Assembly (NCBI GenBank): GCA_030265395.1
Contig: JARFYF010000112.1
Coordinates: forward strand, 51,567,701 to 51,631,670
DNA from: Rhina ancylostomus
Taxonomy: Eukaryota
Direction of reading: 5' to 3'
DNA: 63,970 nt
Part shown: positions 12,633 to 25,848 of the stretch, piece after piece
How the letters are laid out: each line of letters begins with the position of its first letter
Position numbering within the stretch: position 1 is the first letter of the stretch
Program-made: the position numbers and the translations under genes
The notes under the pieces: generated by a model
Told to the model about the DNA's origin: nothing
What the model saw: only the letters and a program-made list of their open reading frames with translations
Databases searched by the model: none

Positions 12633-14125
12633 AGAACTTCGGAGGAGTCGAGACCTTCGGGTCGGAGGATTTCGGATCAGTTAAGTTTTTCTTTCTATCT
12701 TTTTGATTAGGCCTTGAAGCATAAGGGTTTGTGTCTAATAGGGTTACAATTCTAAGGGTTAGATTTAAATAAGTGACTAGTTTAAGGGTTTTAAAAGTTT
12801 TCTTACCTGGCCGAGTGGGGACTTGACTGCAGTCGCAGCGCGGAGAGTTTAAAAAAGCAAACAGCCTATCGATCGAGCATCAGCGGAGCGGGCAGCGGAG
12901 TGAGGGGGAGCATTGTGGTCGGGCTTTGGCTCAGGGGGATTCAGCTTGAAGAGGCAAGGAGGGTAAGTATCTGGTAAGAAGGTGAAGTTAAAATGTCCTT
13001 ATCTATTATAGAGGTGTAGGTGGTATTAACGGGGGGGGAGGTTGTCAGATGTTGGACAAGGTCATATGCTGCAGCTGTTTGATATGGGAGTCCGTGGCCC
13101 TTGCTATGGTCCACGATGACCACATCTGCAGTAAGTGCCTGAGACTGCAGGAACTTCGGCTCAGAGCAGATGAACTGGAGTCCCAGCTCCAAACACTGCG
13201 CAGAATCAGGGAGAGGGATAGTTTTGTAGACATGGTACATCAGGAGACAGTCCCCCCCCCCACCTTAGAGCAGGTACTTCTGGGGTTCAGGTGACAGATA
13301 GAATGGTGACTGTCAGGAGAGGGAAGAGGAAGAAGAAGTCAGACAGGCAGGCGGAGCAGGGAACCCCGGAGGCTGTTCCCCTCAGAAACAAGCTTTCCAC
13401 TTTGGAGGCTGTTGAGAGGGGTGACCTGCAGGGGCCAAGCTGCAGTAACCAGGTCTCTGGCACTGGGACTGTTACTGCTGCTCAGATGGGAAGGGTGGGA
13501 AAGAGGCATGCAGTGGTGATGGGGAATCGATAGTCAGGGAAACAGATAGGATATTCTGTGGCAGTGAACATGAGTCCCGGATGGTACGTTGCCTCCCAGG
13601 TTCCAAGGTCCGGTATGTCACTAGTCTGGTCCACAGGATTCTTGAGCGGTAGGGAGAACAGCCAGAAATCGTGGATCATGTTGGCACCAACAACATAGGC
13701 AGGAAGGGGGGTGAGGTCCTGAAGAGTGAGTTTAGGGAGTTCGGTAGGAGACTGAGGAACAGGACCTCAAGGTTCGCAAACTCGGGATTGCTGCCGGTGC
13801 CACGGGATAGTGAAGGCAGGAACAGGAGAAGGTGGTAGTGAAATGTGTCGCTGAGAAGTTGGTGCAGGAGGGAGGGTTTTAGATTTCTGAATCATTGAGA
13901 TCCCTGCTCGGGAAGGTGGGACCTGTACAGAGAGGATGGGTTACACCCGAACCAGAAGGGGGCCAATTTCCTTGTGGCTAAGCTAGCTTGGCTGGTTCGG
14001 GACGCTTTAAACTAATTAGTGAGGGGGGAGGGAAACGGAGGAGTAGGTCGGGGAAGAAAGGGATGGGAAAAAATGACATCAAACAGGTAGAGAGGCTTTG
14101 GGGAAGGAGAAGCAGAGCACAGGCT
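12633..14125 (+). mobile_element. CR1-type LINE 5' UTR and degenerate ORF1 (Zn-finger/leucine zipper plus SGNH esterase)
   Basis: ICCSCLIWE...HICSKCLRLQELRLRADELESQLQTLRRI, then esterase blocks VVMG(D)SIVR, HVGTNNIGR and DGLHPN. Frameshifts and stops present. Confidence 0.85.
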
Positions 14126-14224
14126 NNNNNNNNNNNNNNNNNNNNNNNNNNNNNNNNNNNNNNNNNNNNNNNNNNNNNNNNNNNNNNNNNNNNNNNNNNN
14201 NNNNNNNNNNNNNNNNNNNNNNNN

Positions 14225-14330
14225 NCAGGACCATATTCGAGGATTCATCCATGGATCTGAATGAATATGCTACAGTCGTCACCAACTTCATCCAGACCAG
14301 AGTGGACGAGTGTGTGCCCATAAACACATA
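14225..14330 (+). mobile_element. Rex1/Babar-like LINE fragment
   Basis: TIFEDSSMDLNEYATVVTNFIQTRVDECVPI resembles the region upstream of the RT in Rex1-type ORFs. Confidence 0.55.
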
Positions 14331-15520
14331 ATGAGTTTTGCAGAACGAACCAGTACAGCCACAAACGTGATAATATCTGCACTTGTGTGGCTGACTGAGG
14401 ATTCGATCTCCTTCAGACACTCTGGATACCTAATGTGAACTTCTTTAAAATATGTATCGTTGCAATATTTCTATCCACTTGGGGATCGGAGTACACACTC
14501 AATTCGGAGAAGCAGTTACTGGGCAGTTACTGTAACACTGATTTCTCTCAATTTGAAGACAATTCATACCAATCTTAACTTCCTTCCAACTCACTTTTCA
14601 AAATATTTATTTTACACAATGTTGATTATTCTGCATTTACTTCCACAATGCATCTCAGTGCACGTGTTTGAAAATATGTTGTCTTCCCTATTTTTTCTCA
14701 TGAACATATTTTGCGTCTAATCTTTAGCTATCTTTAAAAATCTCTGCCTCAGAAAGATTAAACGACTTGCTGAATTGCAGATGTGATATGAGTCACCAAT
14801 AAGTTTGTCTTTTCAGTTGAGTTTAATTTCTTGCAACGGATGACTGCTTAATTAATAGAACCACAATAAAAATTCTTTGGAAGCAATATTGATACTTTAG
14901 ATTACATGAATAGATTAAGTAAAATATTAAGTGCTGCATCTTTCATCCCTCTGTTGTTGCTTGCAATGGGAAGGGTGTGTGGAGAACTGGGTGATTCATG
15001 GAAAGGTCAGAATATTTCGGAGAATGCATCACAGCACAGTCTGATTACGAACGGTGAGTAGTTCAGAACTGATCTGTGAATGGAATGAGTTGCACTTTTG
15101 TTGATAGAGGAATGACAACTACCATAAATGTTAGTTCCCCGTATTACCGGTGGACGATATGAACCATCTCCCAATGTTACTCAACTAAAAGTATCTCCTG
15201 AACGTGTGATATCTGTCACCAGAAAGGACAAGAGCAGCTGGTGTATGGGAAGACCACAAACTTCAGACCCCATTCCAATATTCACACCGCCATTATTTGA
15301 AAATGTGTCGCCGGTACATCATTGTTGCTGAGTCCAGATCCTGGACACTCTCTTTGAAAACATTATGGAAGCATATTCAAGGAATCGACTTGGATGACTC
15401 AATAATTTGGCTCAACACTATTTTCACAATGACAGTAGGGTCGTCCAATAAAGTGTGGCCTGAGCAGGGGCATACATTTCCCGAAAATGAACAAAAACAA
15501 CATCAATTTGAATACGAATA

Positions 15521-15612
15521 ATAATACCACTATCAACTACGATTACTACGACGACGACGACTAGTACTACTACTACCACCAATAATAATAATAATTATAA
15601 TAATAATAACAA
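15521..15612. repeat. Compound trinucleotide microsatellite (ACT/ACG/ACC/AAT)
   Basis: actacgacgacgacgactagtactactactaccaccaataataataataat... Confidence 0.85.
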
Positions 15613-16934
15613 TGTTTTGCTGTGTCCAATGTTCCCAGTTTTTTTGGGGGTTCTGCGAATTGAATCAATTTTTTTGTGAAGTTCGGAATTTCATAAGGAA
15701 GATGTGAGATCTGGTAAAATGTTGAATTCCACGTTGACATTCACATGGTCCTTGAAATAAAATTTTATGATTTAACTGCTTCATAAAATTTGGCACGGCT
15801 TGGGCCTTCGACCTTTCATTTACAATTCACAAATCAAACACTAACTGGGTACATTTTTGCTACTGTTCTGGGAAGATGGAGACAAAATGAATGGGAACAA
15901 AAATCTCTGTTTTTTAATCAATATACAGTACGGAACTATCACGAATTATGAGCAATTGTGATAAATAGTGAGCAATTGCCCAAGAGTAAACAGTAGGAAT
16001 CAAGTCACGATTCAGAATTCTTACTTGCAATACAAAAACAAGGTCTAAGCATCCTTTGGTTCATTTATTCAAAACTAAACCTTCGGACCTAGAAATGGAG
16101 ATCAGCAGAGAGAGCAGTTAAGTTCTAAATTCATTTCCGGTTGCGAATAGCACTGGTAACCACTTTAATATTGTCATTTCAGAAATTGAATGTCACCACG
16201 GACATTCACCGTGAGGTTCTTCATACATATCTAATATACAAACAGGAAAACTGACTCCAGTTTATAAGGCTCATGGCAACCAGTCGCACATTTGAGAATC
16301 TTCACAATATTACCGCCACCCAACTTGATTCAAAGTACAAGTGTAAAACAGCACTTCCAACTGTTTCGCGTTCATTTTCAACTGAAGTTTTTAAAAAATC
16401 CTGCCAAATGATTGCCCGAGTTTATACAACGCGGGCTATGCGATTATCAAGAGTGAGATTTAAAGTGTTTAAGTTATGTATTTCAGCTGTTTATTCTATT
16501 TTTCCCCATGTGATGGAGAGCCGTCGTGGTGCAGACCTGAACCGTCGATTGGAATTAATTTGTATTTGAGAAGACATTTTTTTCTTGAATTCGTTCAATG
16601 ACGATGCACTCCGTGACTTCACATAAAAACTGCAATCCACACGTTCTCTCAGTTTGCATACTAATTAATCTTCATATTTGAGGCCGACGTCGGTGCATCC
16701 CACAAGTGGGCGAACCCAAGAATGGCTTCTGGTCGAGACAGCATACTTCGCCGAACACAATATCTGTGTGGACTAGTGAGTTGGAGCGTTTGCAGATCTA
16801 TCCAACTTCTCGATTCTGTGGTCTGAGGTACCCACTTGTTTCAAAAAGATATATATTGTACTGATGACCTGCCTCAATCACTATCATCTGGTAATGCTTA
16901 CATAAACAGGAATGAAATGTTTCGAGAGAATAAT

Positions 16935-17062
16935 TGTCATGTTTCTGAGTTCAGGCCCTAAATTTGGCTCCTTCAATGCCTTATCGTCCAGCACATGGAT
17001 TCCATGCTGAACTGATTACATAACGACACACACCTGTGCCCCATCAGGAGCCTAGCATAAGT
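16935..17062 (+). mobile_element. 5' end of ~406-bp LTR family (runs into gap)
   Basis: Starts tgtcatgtttctgagttcaggccc...; matches the reverse complement of 57077-57206. Confidence 0.8.
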
Positions 17063-17164
17063 NNNNNNNNNNNNNNNNNNNNNNNNNNNNNNNNNNNNNN
17101 NNNNNNNNNNNNNNNNNNNNNNNNNNNNNNNNNNNNNNNNNNNNNNNNNNNNNNNNNNNNNNCA

Positions 17165-17860
17165 GAAACGCTGTACAATGATCATTTGAGGTAAGGGAAA
17201 ACCTACAACAAACCATTGAAATTTAGTGACGTTCATCATCACTGGGTTCCCAACCGTCAATAACATGGGGTGCCTTCATATCAGAAGCTCAAGTGCACCT
17301 GCCACAACATGCTGTAGCTACAAGTTCAGTTCTGACACGTATCAGTAGCAGAGGATGGGCCTTTAGTCACCCCAATGTCTTTCCATCATCCAAATGGCAG
17401 AAACGTGTGATGGAGACCTCTCCAATTGTTTTGATGCGTGCAGCTCGAACAACATTCAAGCTGCTGGACACTGACCAGATCAGAACAACCGACTCAATTG
17501 GTACCCAATTAACCAACCTATACATTCATTCCCTCCATTGCAGCCACATAGTCACAGCAATGTGCTCCATCTACAACGTGCACTGTAGTTAGCCATGAAA
17601 TTTACGCCTTGAAGCATTTTCTAACCTCGGCCACCAAGGATGAAAATTAAATATAACCAGCTGCATCTTTAATTTCAAATTACAACCATCCTGAATTGGA
17701 AATGTTTCACTGGCGTTTCATTTCCACTTCCTCTAAGTCTAGAAGCTCGCTATTCACCAGGACTATGGGACAAGATTCACCAGAACTGCAGAGCTTCAAG
17801 AGAGAAAACAAACATCACAAGGGCAAATGAGAAAGGGCAAGAAATGGTGATTTTGCCGAC
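17165..17860 (+). mobile_element. Old non-LTR LINE 3' fragment (L2/CR1-group)
   Basis: VMETSPIVLMRAARTTFKLLDTDQ...IGTQLTNLYIHSLH resembles the C-terminal ORF2 region. Related degenerate copies at ~57540-57760, 59300-60150, 62900-63400. Confidence 0.5.
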
Positions 17861-18713
17861 GATGCCTCGATTCACATCAAATGAATACATCAAACCGTCA
17901 TCATGTTATAGTCTCTCTGAATCTTACGTTCCACTTGTTTGTCCTGTGCTCTAAATACAGAGAATATAGAATTAACGTGTCTAATAATTCCGCATAAGGC
18001 TTTATTTACCCAGTTAAGGAATCCGTGTAGTTTGTGTTCTCTGAGCTATTTCCATTTATTCCCTGCTTCCTTAACTAAGGAGATCAATTCTGCACCAATA
18101 ATCCAGATGTGGTCTCGCCAATTTTCAATATAACGGAAGAATTATCTCCTACTTCGTATTCAGTTCTCTTACGGAAGAGTGAAAACACTTTGATTAATGT
18201 CCCGATTACCTGCTACATCTGAATACAAATCTTTGCAAATCTTGTAGTACGACACCCAGATCTATTTTCACCTCACCCTCCAATCGCTGGTCATCTACAT
18301 ATCACTAAAAAAGGATAATTGCACTCTTTCTTGCAACAGTCTCCATTTATCAGTTTTTACCCATTCAACATTCGCAGAAATGTTGTACCATATTTATTTC
18401 CTCTTCACAATATACTTCCTTGCTTACTTTGGCGTAATAATTTTGTAAACATACATTTAATGCCTTCATCCAAAGCATTTCTTTAATTTATAAAATATTC
18501 AACCTCCACCACTGGTTTCGGCAGCATCCAAATCATTACGTTTTTTTTCCCAATCGGAATAAAGCCAGATTGCTGCCTACTTTCTGTTTCTTAACAACCA
18601 ATTTTCTTTACATCAAGGATCTATCTAAATGTTTCCAACCTGAACTTCGACTCCGTTTCCCTTTCCACAAATGATACATACCCTACTGTAAGATTCCTGC
18701 ATGTTCTGCTCAT

Positions 18714-18717
<4 letters not shown>

Positions 18718-18762
<45 letters not shown>
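18718..18762. repeat. (GT)n microsatellite
   Basis: Pure GT run. Confidence 0.95.
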
Positions 18763-18763
<1 letters not shown>

Positions 18764-19273
18764 TCATGCCATTGACTTCACTAATGCCCGCAATACCCGA
18801 ATAAATTCCTTCAGCAATCACATTTAAGTAAAAGTAGCTCATGAGCAGGGTTCACCCCAGATTTGATATTGATAGCGGGTCAAGGTAATGCTTTTCATAT
18901 ATAAGCGACAGCGTTCGGTCTTTGTTTCCTGACCCGATACTATTTGACAACGTATCTGTTACTACCTCAGATTATTTGCATTCTCACATGAATTATTCAT
19001 CTGTGTGGCTGATCTTCCAGAAACAGTTTTGGAAATCGAAACAAAATACATCCTCCACATTTCGGCTGCTCACTGTTAATACACACCTTCAACGAGTAAA
19101 CGGAGGACTGATAAGCCAGGCAGTTTTGCTGAAATCCATGCTGAGTATTTATTCAGATATCTTTCATGGACATAAGAAAAATAGTATTAACTTCAATCAA
19201 AAAATCATTATGGTATTCCACATATCAGTTCTGAAATATGTACGCTTGATTTTAGTAGTTGTTATTATTACAG

Positions 19274-19591
19274 CAAATGGAAGTTTGATTCCGAGATTGA
19301 TAAATGGAACAAACCGCTTTGACGGGACAGTGGAAATATTTCAAATACCGTACTTGGGTAAGAGTGCAGCGAAAAAATTGGGACCCAAATGAAGCCAGCG
19401 TGATCTGCGGTGTGCTGGGCTGCGGCTTTACTGTATCTTCGCACGAATCTTCAATGTTCGGAGAAAGCGAAGGAAGCTTGTGGGTCTCAGTGTCCCCTGC
19501 AACAGAAATTAGTTGTAACTGAGGAAATCCAGATTAAAGACATTTGCGCCATCTCCCAATGATAGTCTTAGTGTTGGGGTCCTGTGATCCA
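19274..19591 (+). pseudogene. Gene B: disabled SRCR exon
   Basis: ttattacag| acceptor. NGSLIPRLINGTNRFDGTVEIF, then a frameshift to TWVRVQRKNWDPNEASVICGVLGCGFTVSS...FGESEG. The terminal Cys codon is replaced by TGA (gtcctgtgatcc). Confidence 0.85.
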
Positions 19592-19759
19592 GTGAATCAT
19601 TAGTTCGATATAATAGAATCCTAAATTTAATCTAAAATTAATTGATAAACATTTCCAATTATATCTTAGATGTTCCACGAAACGGTTAATCCAAGGTTCA
19701 AATCCTAATTTAATGGTTGTTTCGAATAATCCGACAGTCCAGCATCTGATAGCAGAGCC

Positions 19760-20050
19760 TTAGAAGAAAGCGACGTCCCGTTACTGACGTCCCATCTGAG
19801 ATGAGCAGAAATTTCTTTCGCCAGAGGATGGTGAATGTCGTGTATTCTTTGGCACAGAGGGCGGTGGTGTCCAAGTCACTGGGTGTATTTAAGGCAGAAA
19901 TTGATAGGTTCTTGATTCCTAAAGGGGTTCAGAGTTAGGAGGAGTAGGCGGGAGAACGGGGTTGAAAACAAACCATTCATGATTAAATGGCAGAGTCGAG
20001 AGACCCAATAGTCTAATTCTGCTCACAGAGATGATGGTCTTATTGTCTAA
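19760..20050 (+). mobile_element. CR1 LINE 3' end fragment
   Basis: gagatgagcagaaatttctttcgccagaggatggtgaat...gtatttaaggcagaaattgataggttcttg..., the typical CR1 ORF2 end and 3' UTR. Confidence 0.75.
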
Positions 20051-21285
20051 CGACTCTCTTGTCGTCCCCTTCCATCTCCTACTTCTATCGTCTTCACTCC
20101 ACTTTGTTTCTATCTATTCCCCCTCCGCAAAATATTGCCCCCGGCTCTCCAAATTTTACCCCTCCCATTTTCACAGCAGATCTATTCATTAGTTTCTTTC
20201 ACTCATCATCGTCAATCTTCACTACACTTCGTTTATGCCATCAACAGCCTTTCTCAGCTCCATGTTCCTTCATCCACCCTCATATCTTCCCGTCAGCGTC
20301 GTCCTTTCTTTCAGACTCTCGTTTCCTCCGCAGATTTTTAGTCTCGCGTCGCTAACCAACTCAGATCCAAATGAGGCCGCTAGTTTGGATAGACACCGCT
20401 TTGATTTCTAGAATGCACTGCACTGCGTAAGTAAACAACCGTACTGTGCCATACACTGGTGAAGTTTCCCATATGTATTATATAATTGCGAGCAGATATT
20501 GCGACGCGAAGNNNNNNNNNNNNNNNNNNNNNNNNNNNNNNNNNNNNNNNNNNNNNNNNNNNNNNNNNNNNNNNNNNNNNNNNNNNNNNNNNNNNNNNNN
20601 NNNNNNNNNNNNNNNNNNNNNNNNNNNNNNNNNNNNNNNNNNNNNNNNNNNNNNNNNNNNNNNNNNNNNNNNNNNNNNNNNNNNNNNNNNNNNNNNNNNN
20701 NNNNNAACATTGTGCAGGCCGAAGGGATTACGCTTGTTAGTCATTTACTTACCAGTTTATAAGATAAGATAAAATTTCTTTATTAGTCACATGTACATCG
20801 GAATGCATCTTGGGCGCAGAGTGTTTTGGAGGGACCCGCAAATGTCACCAGGCTATCGGCGTTCAGCACAACATAGTGGACTGAGGGGCTTTTTTTTTCT
20901 GTGCACTACTGCTCGTTGTTTCCTGTTAAATAATGGTGGTGCTGGACTGAGGTGTGCTACAGATCCGGAGAAGGTCGAGACAACAAAACTGGAATAATCC
21001 AAAAGAGTATTTTGAAATAAAACTGGGCCTGAGAAAGCATGGATGAGGTATCGGATAGGAAGCATTATATTTGCACGGTGTTCGAAGGCCGAATGTTCGT
21101 ATTCTATGTTATACCACTAATAGAAGTCTGTCTAAAATGTACACGGTGACAGCTATTCGGATTGAAGCTCAAAAATAAACGTTAAGGTGCAATGAAGCAC
21201 GTTTTACTTTGGCTAACCAATCATAAATTATTGAATTGATGAAAAGGTTGAATGTACGTTAGGAGCTTTGTTTGTTAAACAACAG

Positions 21286-21600
21286 AATATTTGAAGTTAC
21301 GGCTATCCGACGGTGGAAGTCCATGTGCGGAACGAGTGAAGATACATTATGCCGAAGCCCGGGGTTCAGTCTGAGGCGATTCTTGGAATATGGCTGATGC
21401 TGAGGTTGTTTACAAGCAACTAGATGGTGAGGACGTTTAGAAAACAAATCTGACTGGTGATCGTGGACAAATCTCAGGACCAATTTGATTGGATGAAGTG
21501 AACTAATCAGGAAACGAACCTTTTCCCTGGTAATGTTCCTCTGCACCTTGGAGTGAACACGACTCTGCTCAAAAAGAGGATCTGATGGTCATGTGTTGAG
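21286..21600 (+). pseudogene. Gene B: disabled paralog of SRCR exon 1316-1630
   Basis: Clear nucleotide similarity (ttgaagttacggctatccgacggtggaagt...) but several Cys/Gln/Ser codons have become stops (e.g. TGA 21372-21374, aactaa, tggtaa, tgttga). Confidence 0.92.
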
Positions 21601-23415
21601 GTGGTGATCCGTTTATTGTTTCATGTGTTGTGTGTGAAATACCCCTCAGGAAAGCGAACGGGCAAGCTTATCGAAACAAGTTTTTTTTTCCGTCAAAGCC
21701 TCCTTCTTTGCTGTTTCAACGAAAGGCAATTCCACTGATTTCTCCCGATTCATATTTCTTGTATCATCAGAGTGACGACCCTGTGACATGTCTCTACGCT
21801 GTGCTAGCAAAATCCATGTTCAAACGTACTCTTATCATATCTGAACTACATTTATTTGACATTACTATGTTAATCACTCCTAGTTTTGAAGTTCTATTTT
21901 GGATCATTCTCACTTGGATTCTTAAGGCACAGATAAATCAAACAGTTCTGAAAGCGATATGAATATGCAAGAAATATATCTCTAGTGGGTTCTCCACGAT
22001 TNNNNNNNNNNNNNNNNNNNNNNNNNNNNNNNNNNNNNNNNNNNNNNNNNNNNNNNNNNNNNNNNNNNNNNNNNNNNNNNNNNNNNNNNNNNNNNNNNNN
22101 NNNNNNNNNNNNNNNNNNNNNNNNNNNNNNNNNNNNNNNNNNNNNNNNNNNNNNNNNNNNNNNNNNNNNNNNNNNNNNNNNNNNNNNNNNNNNNNNNNNN
22201 NNNNNNNNNNNNTCAAGTTGTTACTTTCGATGAGCAGTACAGCAATGTTTGCAAGGTCAGTTCAGTGAGTTTTAAATGCTCAGGTATATTGTAAACAATA
22301 ATTTGTTCAGTTTGGACCTTGGTATATTTGCATCATTTTGCGTGTACAATCTGCAATTCGCCCATGGCCAAAAGTAAAAGTTAACGGCAAATTCTGTAAA
22401 TCTAAAATAAATTTAAATAATACTGGAAGCAATCGACAGATCACGCAGAGTCTGCGGAAAAGAACAGACTTAATGTTTCAGATTTTTTTTAAATGTTGTC
22501 AGAATCATCAGATCTTTTACACGATAAGATAGCTGTTTCTCGTTCAATAGACGCTGCATGACCCGTCAAACAGTTCCTGAACATTCTATCCTTGTTTCGC
22601 ACAAACAATCTCTTCTGACACAAGCATGGTTGATATTATTTTAGAAAAAAAGAAAGGCTGGTGTTCTTCGCTGGTGTATTGCTGAGGCTTGCTTGTCTCC
22701 TAAACTCAGCCAAGCGCAATAACGCATATCAACATGCATAATCGGAAATACAATCTCTTATTTGACTTGGTGAAGTTTCTTCCTGGAAGATATGTAGATA
22801 TTAATAGAGCAGTGTCATATTTTTCACTAGAACAGCTGCCATCTGGAATTTTGTTTACTTTTATGTTGATTTTTTAAGTAGTATTCATCGCTCCCATGCA
22901 ATCAGTATCGTCTTTGGTCATGCACCAGGATGCACACGCAATCCACGTGTCAGTTACATATATTCGAAAGCGTACATAGAATCGCGGAGATGAAACAGTT
23001 ATGATGTACCATAAGGATCCCCACCGTGAAACACAGAAACCCCTACTTACAATGCACTGAAGCAGTATATTCAACGATTGCATCAGTTTCTCGTATCACT
23101 ACCACTTCGTTTTATGAGTCTACTCACTCAATATGCATTTCCACGTCATACATTATCATTATGATTTTACAGACTATAATATCGCTCCGCGCTCCAAAAC
23201 CAAAACGTTATATTGAATAAATGCAGCATTAATCCGAATTGCTACTTCTACACTTTATTCAAACAATTCAATTTACTTTATCAATATTTATCTCTAATTA
23301 GTCAAAAAATCATTACCTGTCGGTTTCAAATGTTTGTGAAGGATGCTTTAAAAGAAAACAACATGGCCAGTGAACACAACGGGTAAATTTAGTCATTTCC
23401 TTTCTCCCTCTGCAG

Positions 23416-23787
23416 AAGTCAATATGCCAGAGGGTTCCGCCAGTTTAAAGGAATTCTTTCGAGAATGTGGTAATGTGCAAAGGTATTCTTCAGGTAGATT
23501 AGATGCCCTGTTCACTAACCCATCTTTCTGACCCGTATTACCTCTTATGTTCACTGGAAATAAACACATGATTCTCTTTGAAAGAACGCATGAAAACGAA
23601 TCGCCTTGTCGGAGGTAATACCGGATGCCCAGGGAGGGTGAAAATATTGTTCAATAACAGCTGAATCTGCCCATTATAGAAAAATGTTACCGGCCGATGA
23701 GTTACCAGTACTGGTTTGCACTAAACTGTTTAAAAGATATTTAAGGTATTCCACAGCGCGCGCATGTTATTCTCACACACAGTTCAG
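23416..23787 (+). pseudogene. Gene B: linker exon (23416-23493), truncated SRCR exon start (23585-23663) and disabled cytoplasmic exon (23680-23787)
   Basis: Homologous to 3878-3955, 4045-4123 and 5731-5838 respectively. The cytoplasmic copy has stops and has lost YEEI. Confidence 0.85.
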
Positions 23788-25449
23788 GTTTGCTTTCCGT
23801 TTGCTATCGAATTTTCACGGCATGACTGTCATATTTATTTATTGTCCGCTTTAATCTTTGGAGTTCTGACCAGTGAGGAAGAACAATTTGCTCACTACGT
23901 CCAGGGGAACTCCAGCATTAAATTGGTAAAATCAGAACGACGCATTCATTTTCAGAGGTGTAATCCTTTGGGGATATTTCTCCCTGGAAATATACCGCTC
24001 TTCACTTGTCTCACACGGGAACGAAACGATTTTTATTCTTCTTTTGTGCCTATGCACAGGCTCCCAATAGTAATTGATTTCATGCATTAGAGATAAGTCT
24101 TCTTAGCTGTCTATCCCATGCATTGAATTACCGTCTAGTTTTTGGTGTTTTTTTATTAGTTTAAGAAATGGATTTATTAAGTGGGTGAGTTTTCACGACG
24201 ACAGTAAACAAGTTCAAGCTTATTGTAACGCAGACGAAGATAGTTGTGTTCTTTGGTTCAATTTCCAATGTATTCAATGCATGAAAAATCCATTTTACTT
24301 CGTTCCATAGCATGTTCTATTGGATCCATTAATTAAGCCGGATGTGAAAATTGAAATAGGATGAGTCATGTGAAAATTGGGATCAGAAAATCCGCCAGCA
24401 AAGTTCTTTAGTTTTCAATGTGCACAGATTTTATTTCTGCCCAACTCTGTCATTCCCGCTGGACACCAGTTTCTCCAAGCAAGGATATTACACAAGGCAA
24501 AATTACTTTAGGAATTGGATGAGAGAATGATATATACCTAAAGAATAGCAATGAATTCAGAATATTGTTCAATAACACCTTATCTCCTAAGTGCTTGATC
24601 TCATGGCTCAAGATGCCTGAAAAGCAAATGATATAAGGGTTTGCTGGATGAGTTAAAGGCTCATAGACAGAGAAATCTCTATTTCAACTGGAATGTCACT
24701 ACGGTAGACTGTTATACAGCACCCTGTTTCTGTGTTCGAATGTAAAACACTATGAATCCTCAGCTTCCGCATCCGTTTACAGCTAAATTCAATGTTGTTC
24801 CCCTCAAGACCGGGTGCTGACAGTAACAACGATGATTGATATTATTTTGCTGATGTCCGTGAAAGTAACACCTGGGAAGTTTGGAATCGTTCCATAAAAA
24901 ATAATTAAGTCAACGACATTTATTCATTGATCAACAGTGAAAACCCTTTCCATTGAAATAAATGTGTGAATGCAGCATGCACTAATTTGGCAAATGCATA
25001 CATCGCTCGTCAACCTAATACTAGCCTATCAACTGACGCCCCACAGAATGCAGTCTCGGACGTCAAAGCACACATGCAATTCCATTCCTACCTTTATTGC
25101 AACGCTATCGACATTCATTTTGACATTTCTACAAATTTGCAGATAGCAGCGCTAAGAAAACTAAATGGCGAATTCAGGATTTTTCTTTGCCTACAAACTG
25201 ATGGTAAGAAAAATCTTTTCATCTTTTAGTTCAGCGACTTGCCTGTCAACGTGCAAGGATCATAAGACTATCCAGTTTGATTACGGACAGACATGTCAGG
25301 CATGGAACTCAGTACTTCAGGGAAACCAGAGGGATATAAAATATATGGGAACACCGTTAAACTGGAAACAAATGAAAAGAAACAACATGAGAGCGTGATA
25401 ATATGTTTCTGGAAGTTAATATCAATGAAAATTATATATTTTTTTATTT

Positions 25450-25848
25450 ACAGCGTGGTAACAGGCACTTCCGACCCAACGAGTCCGCACCGCCCATTTT
25501 AAAGACCAAATTAACCTACCCGTACGTCTTTAGAATGTGGGAGGAAACCGGAGCACCCGGAGGAAACCCACGCAGACACGGGNNNNNNNNNNNNNNNNNN
25601 NNNNNNNNNNNNNNNNNNNNNNNNNNNNNNNNNNNNNNNNNNNNNNNNNNNNNNNNNNNNNNNNNNNNNNNNNNNNNNNNNNATTAACCTACCCGTACGT
25701 CTTTAGAATGTGGGAGGAAACCGGAGCACCCGGAGGAAACCCACGCAGACACGGGAGGACGTACAAACTCCTTACGCACAGCGACGGGAATCGAATCCCG
25801 ATCGCTGGCTCTGTAATAGCGTTGCGCTAACCGCTGTGCTACAGTGCC
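25450..25848 (-). mobile_element. tRNA-derived V-SINE (HE1-like)
   Basis: Minus strand reads GGCACTGTAGCACAGCGGTTAGCG...GGGATTCGATTCCC (A/B boxes), then the V-domain GGAGTTTGTACGT...GCGTGGGTTTCCTCCGGGTGCTCCGGTTTCCTCCCACA. Confidence 0.85.

Noticed and set aside
25510-25754. Direct repeat of ~73 bp within the V-SINE
   Set aside because: Identical copies flank a 100-N gap, typical of unmerged contig overlap rather than a biological duplication.
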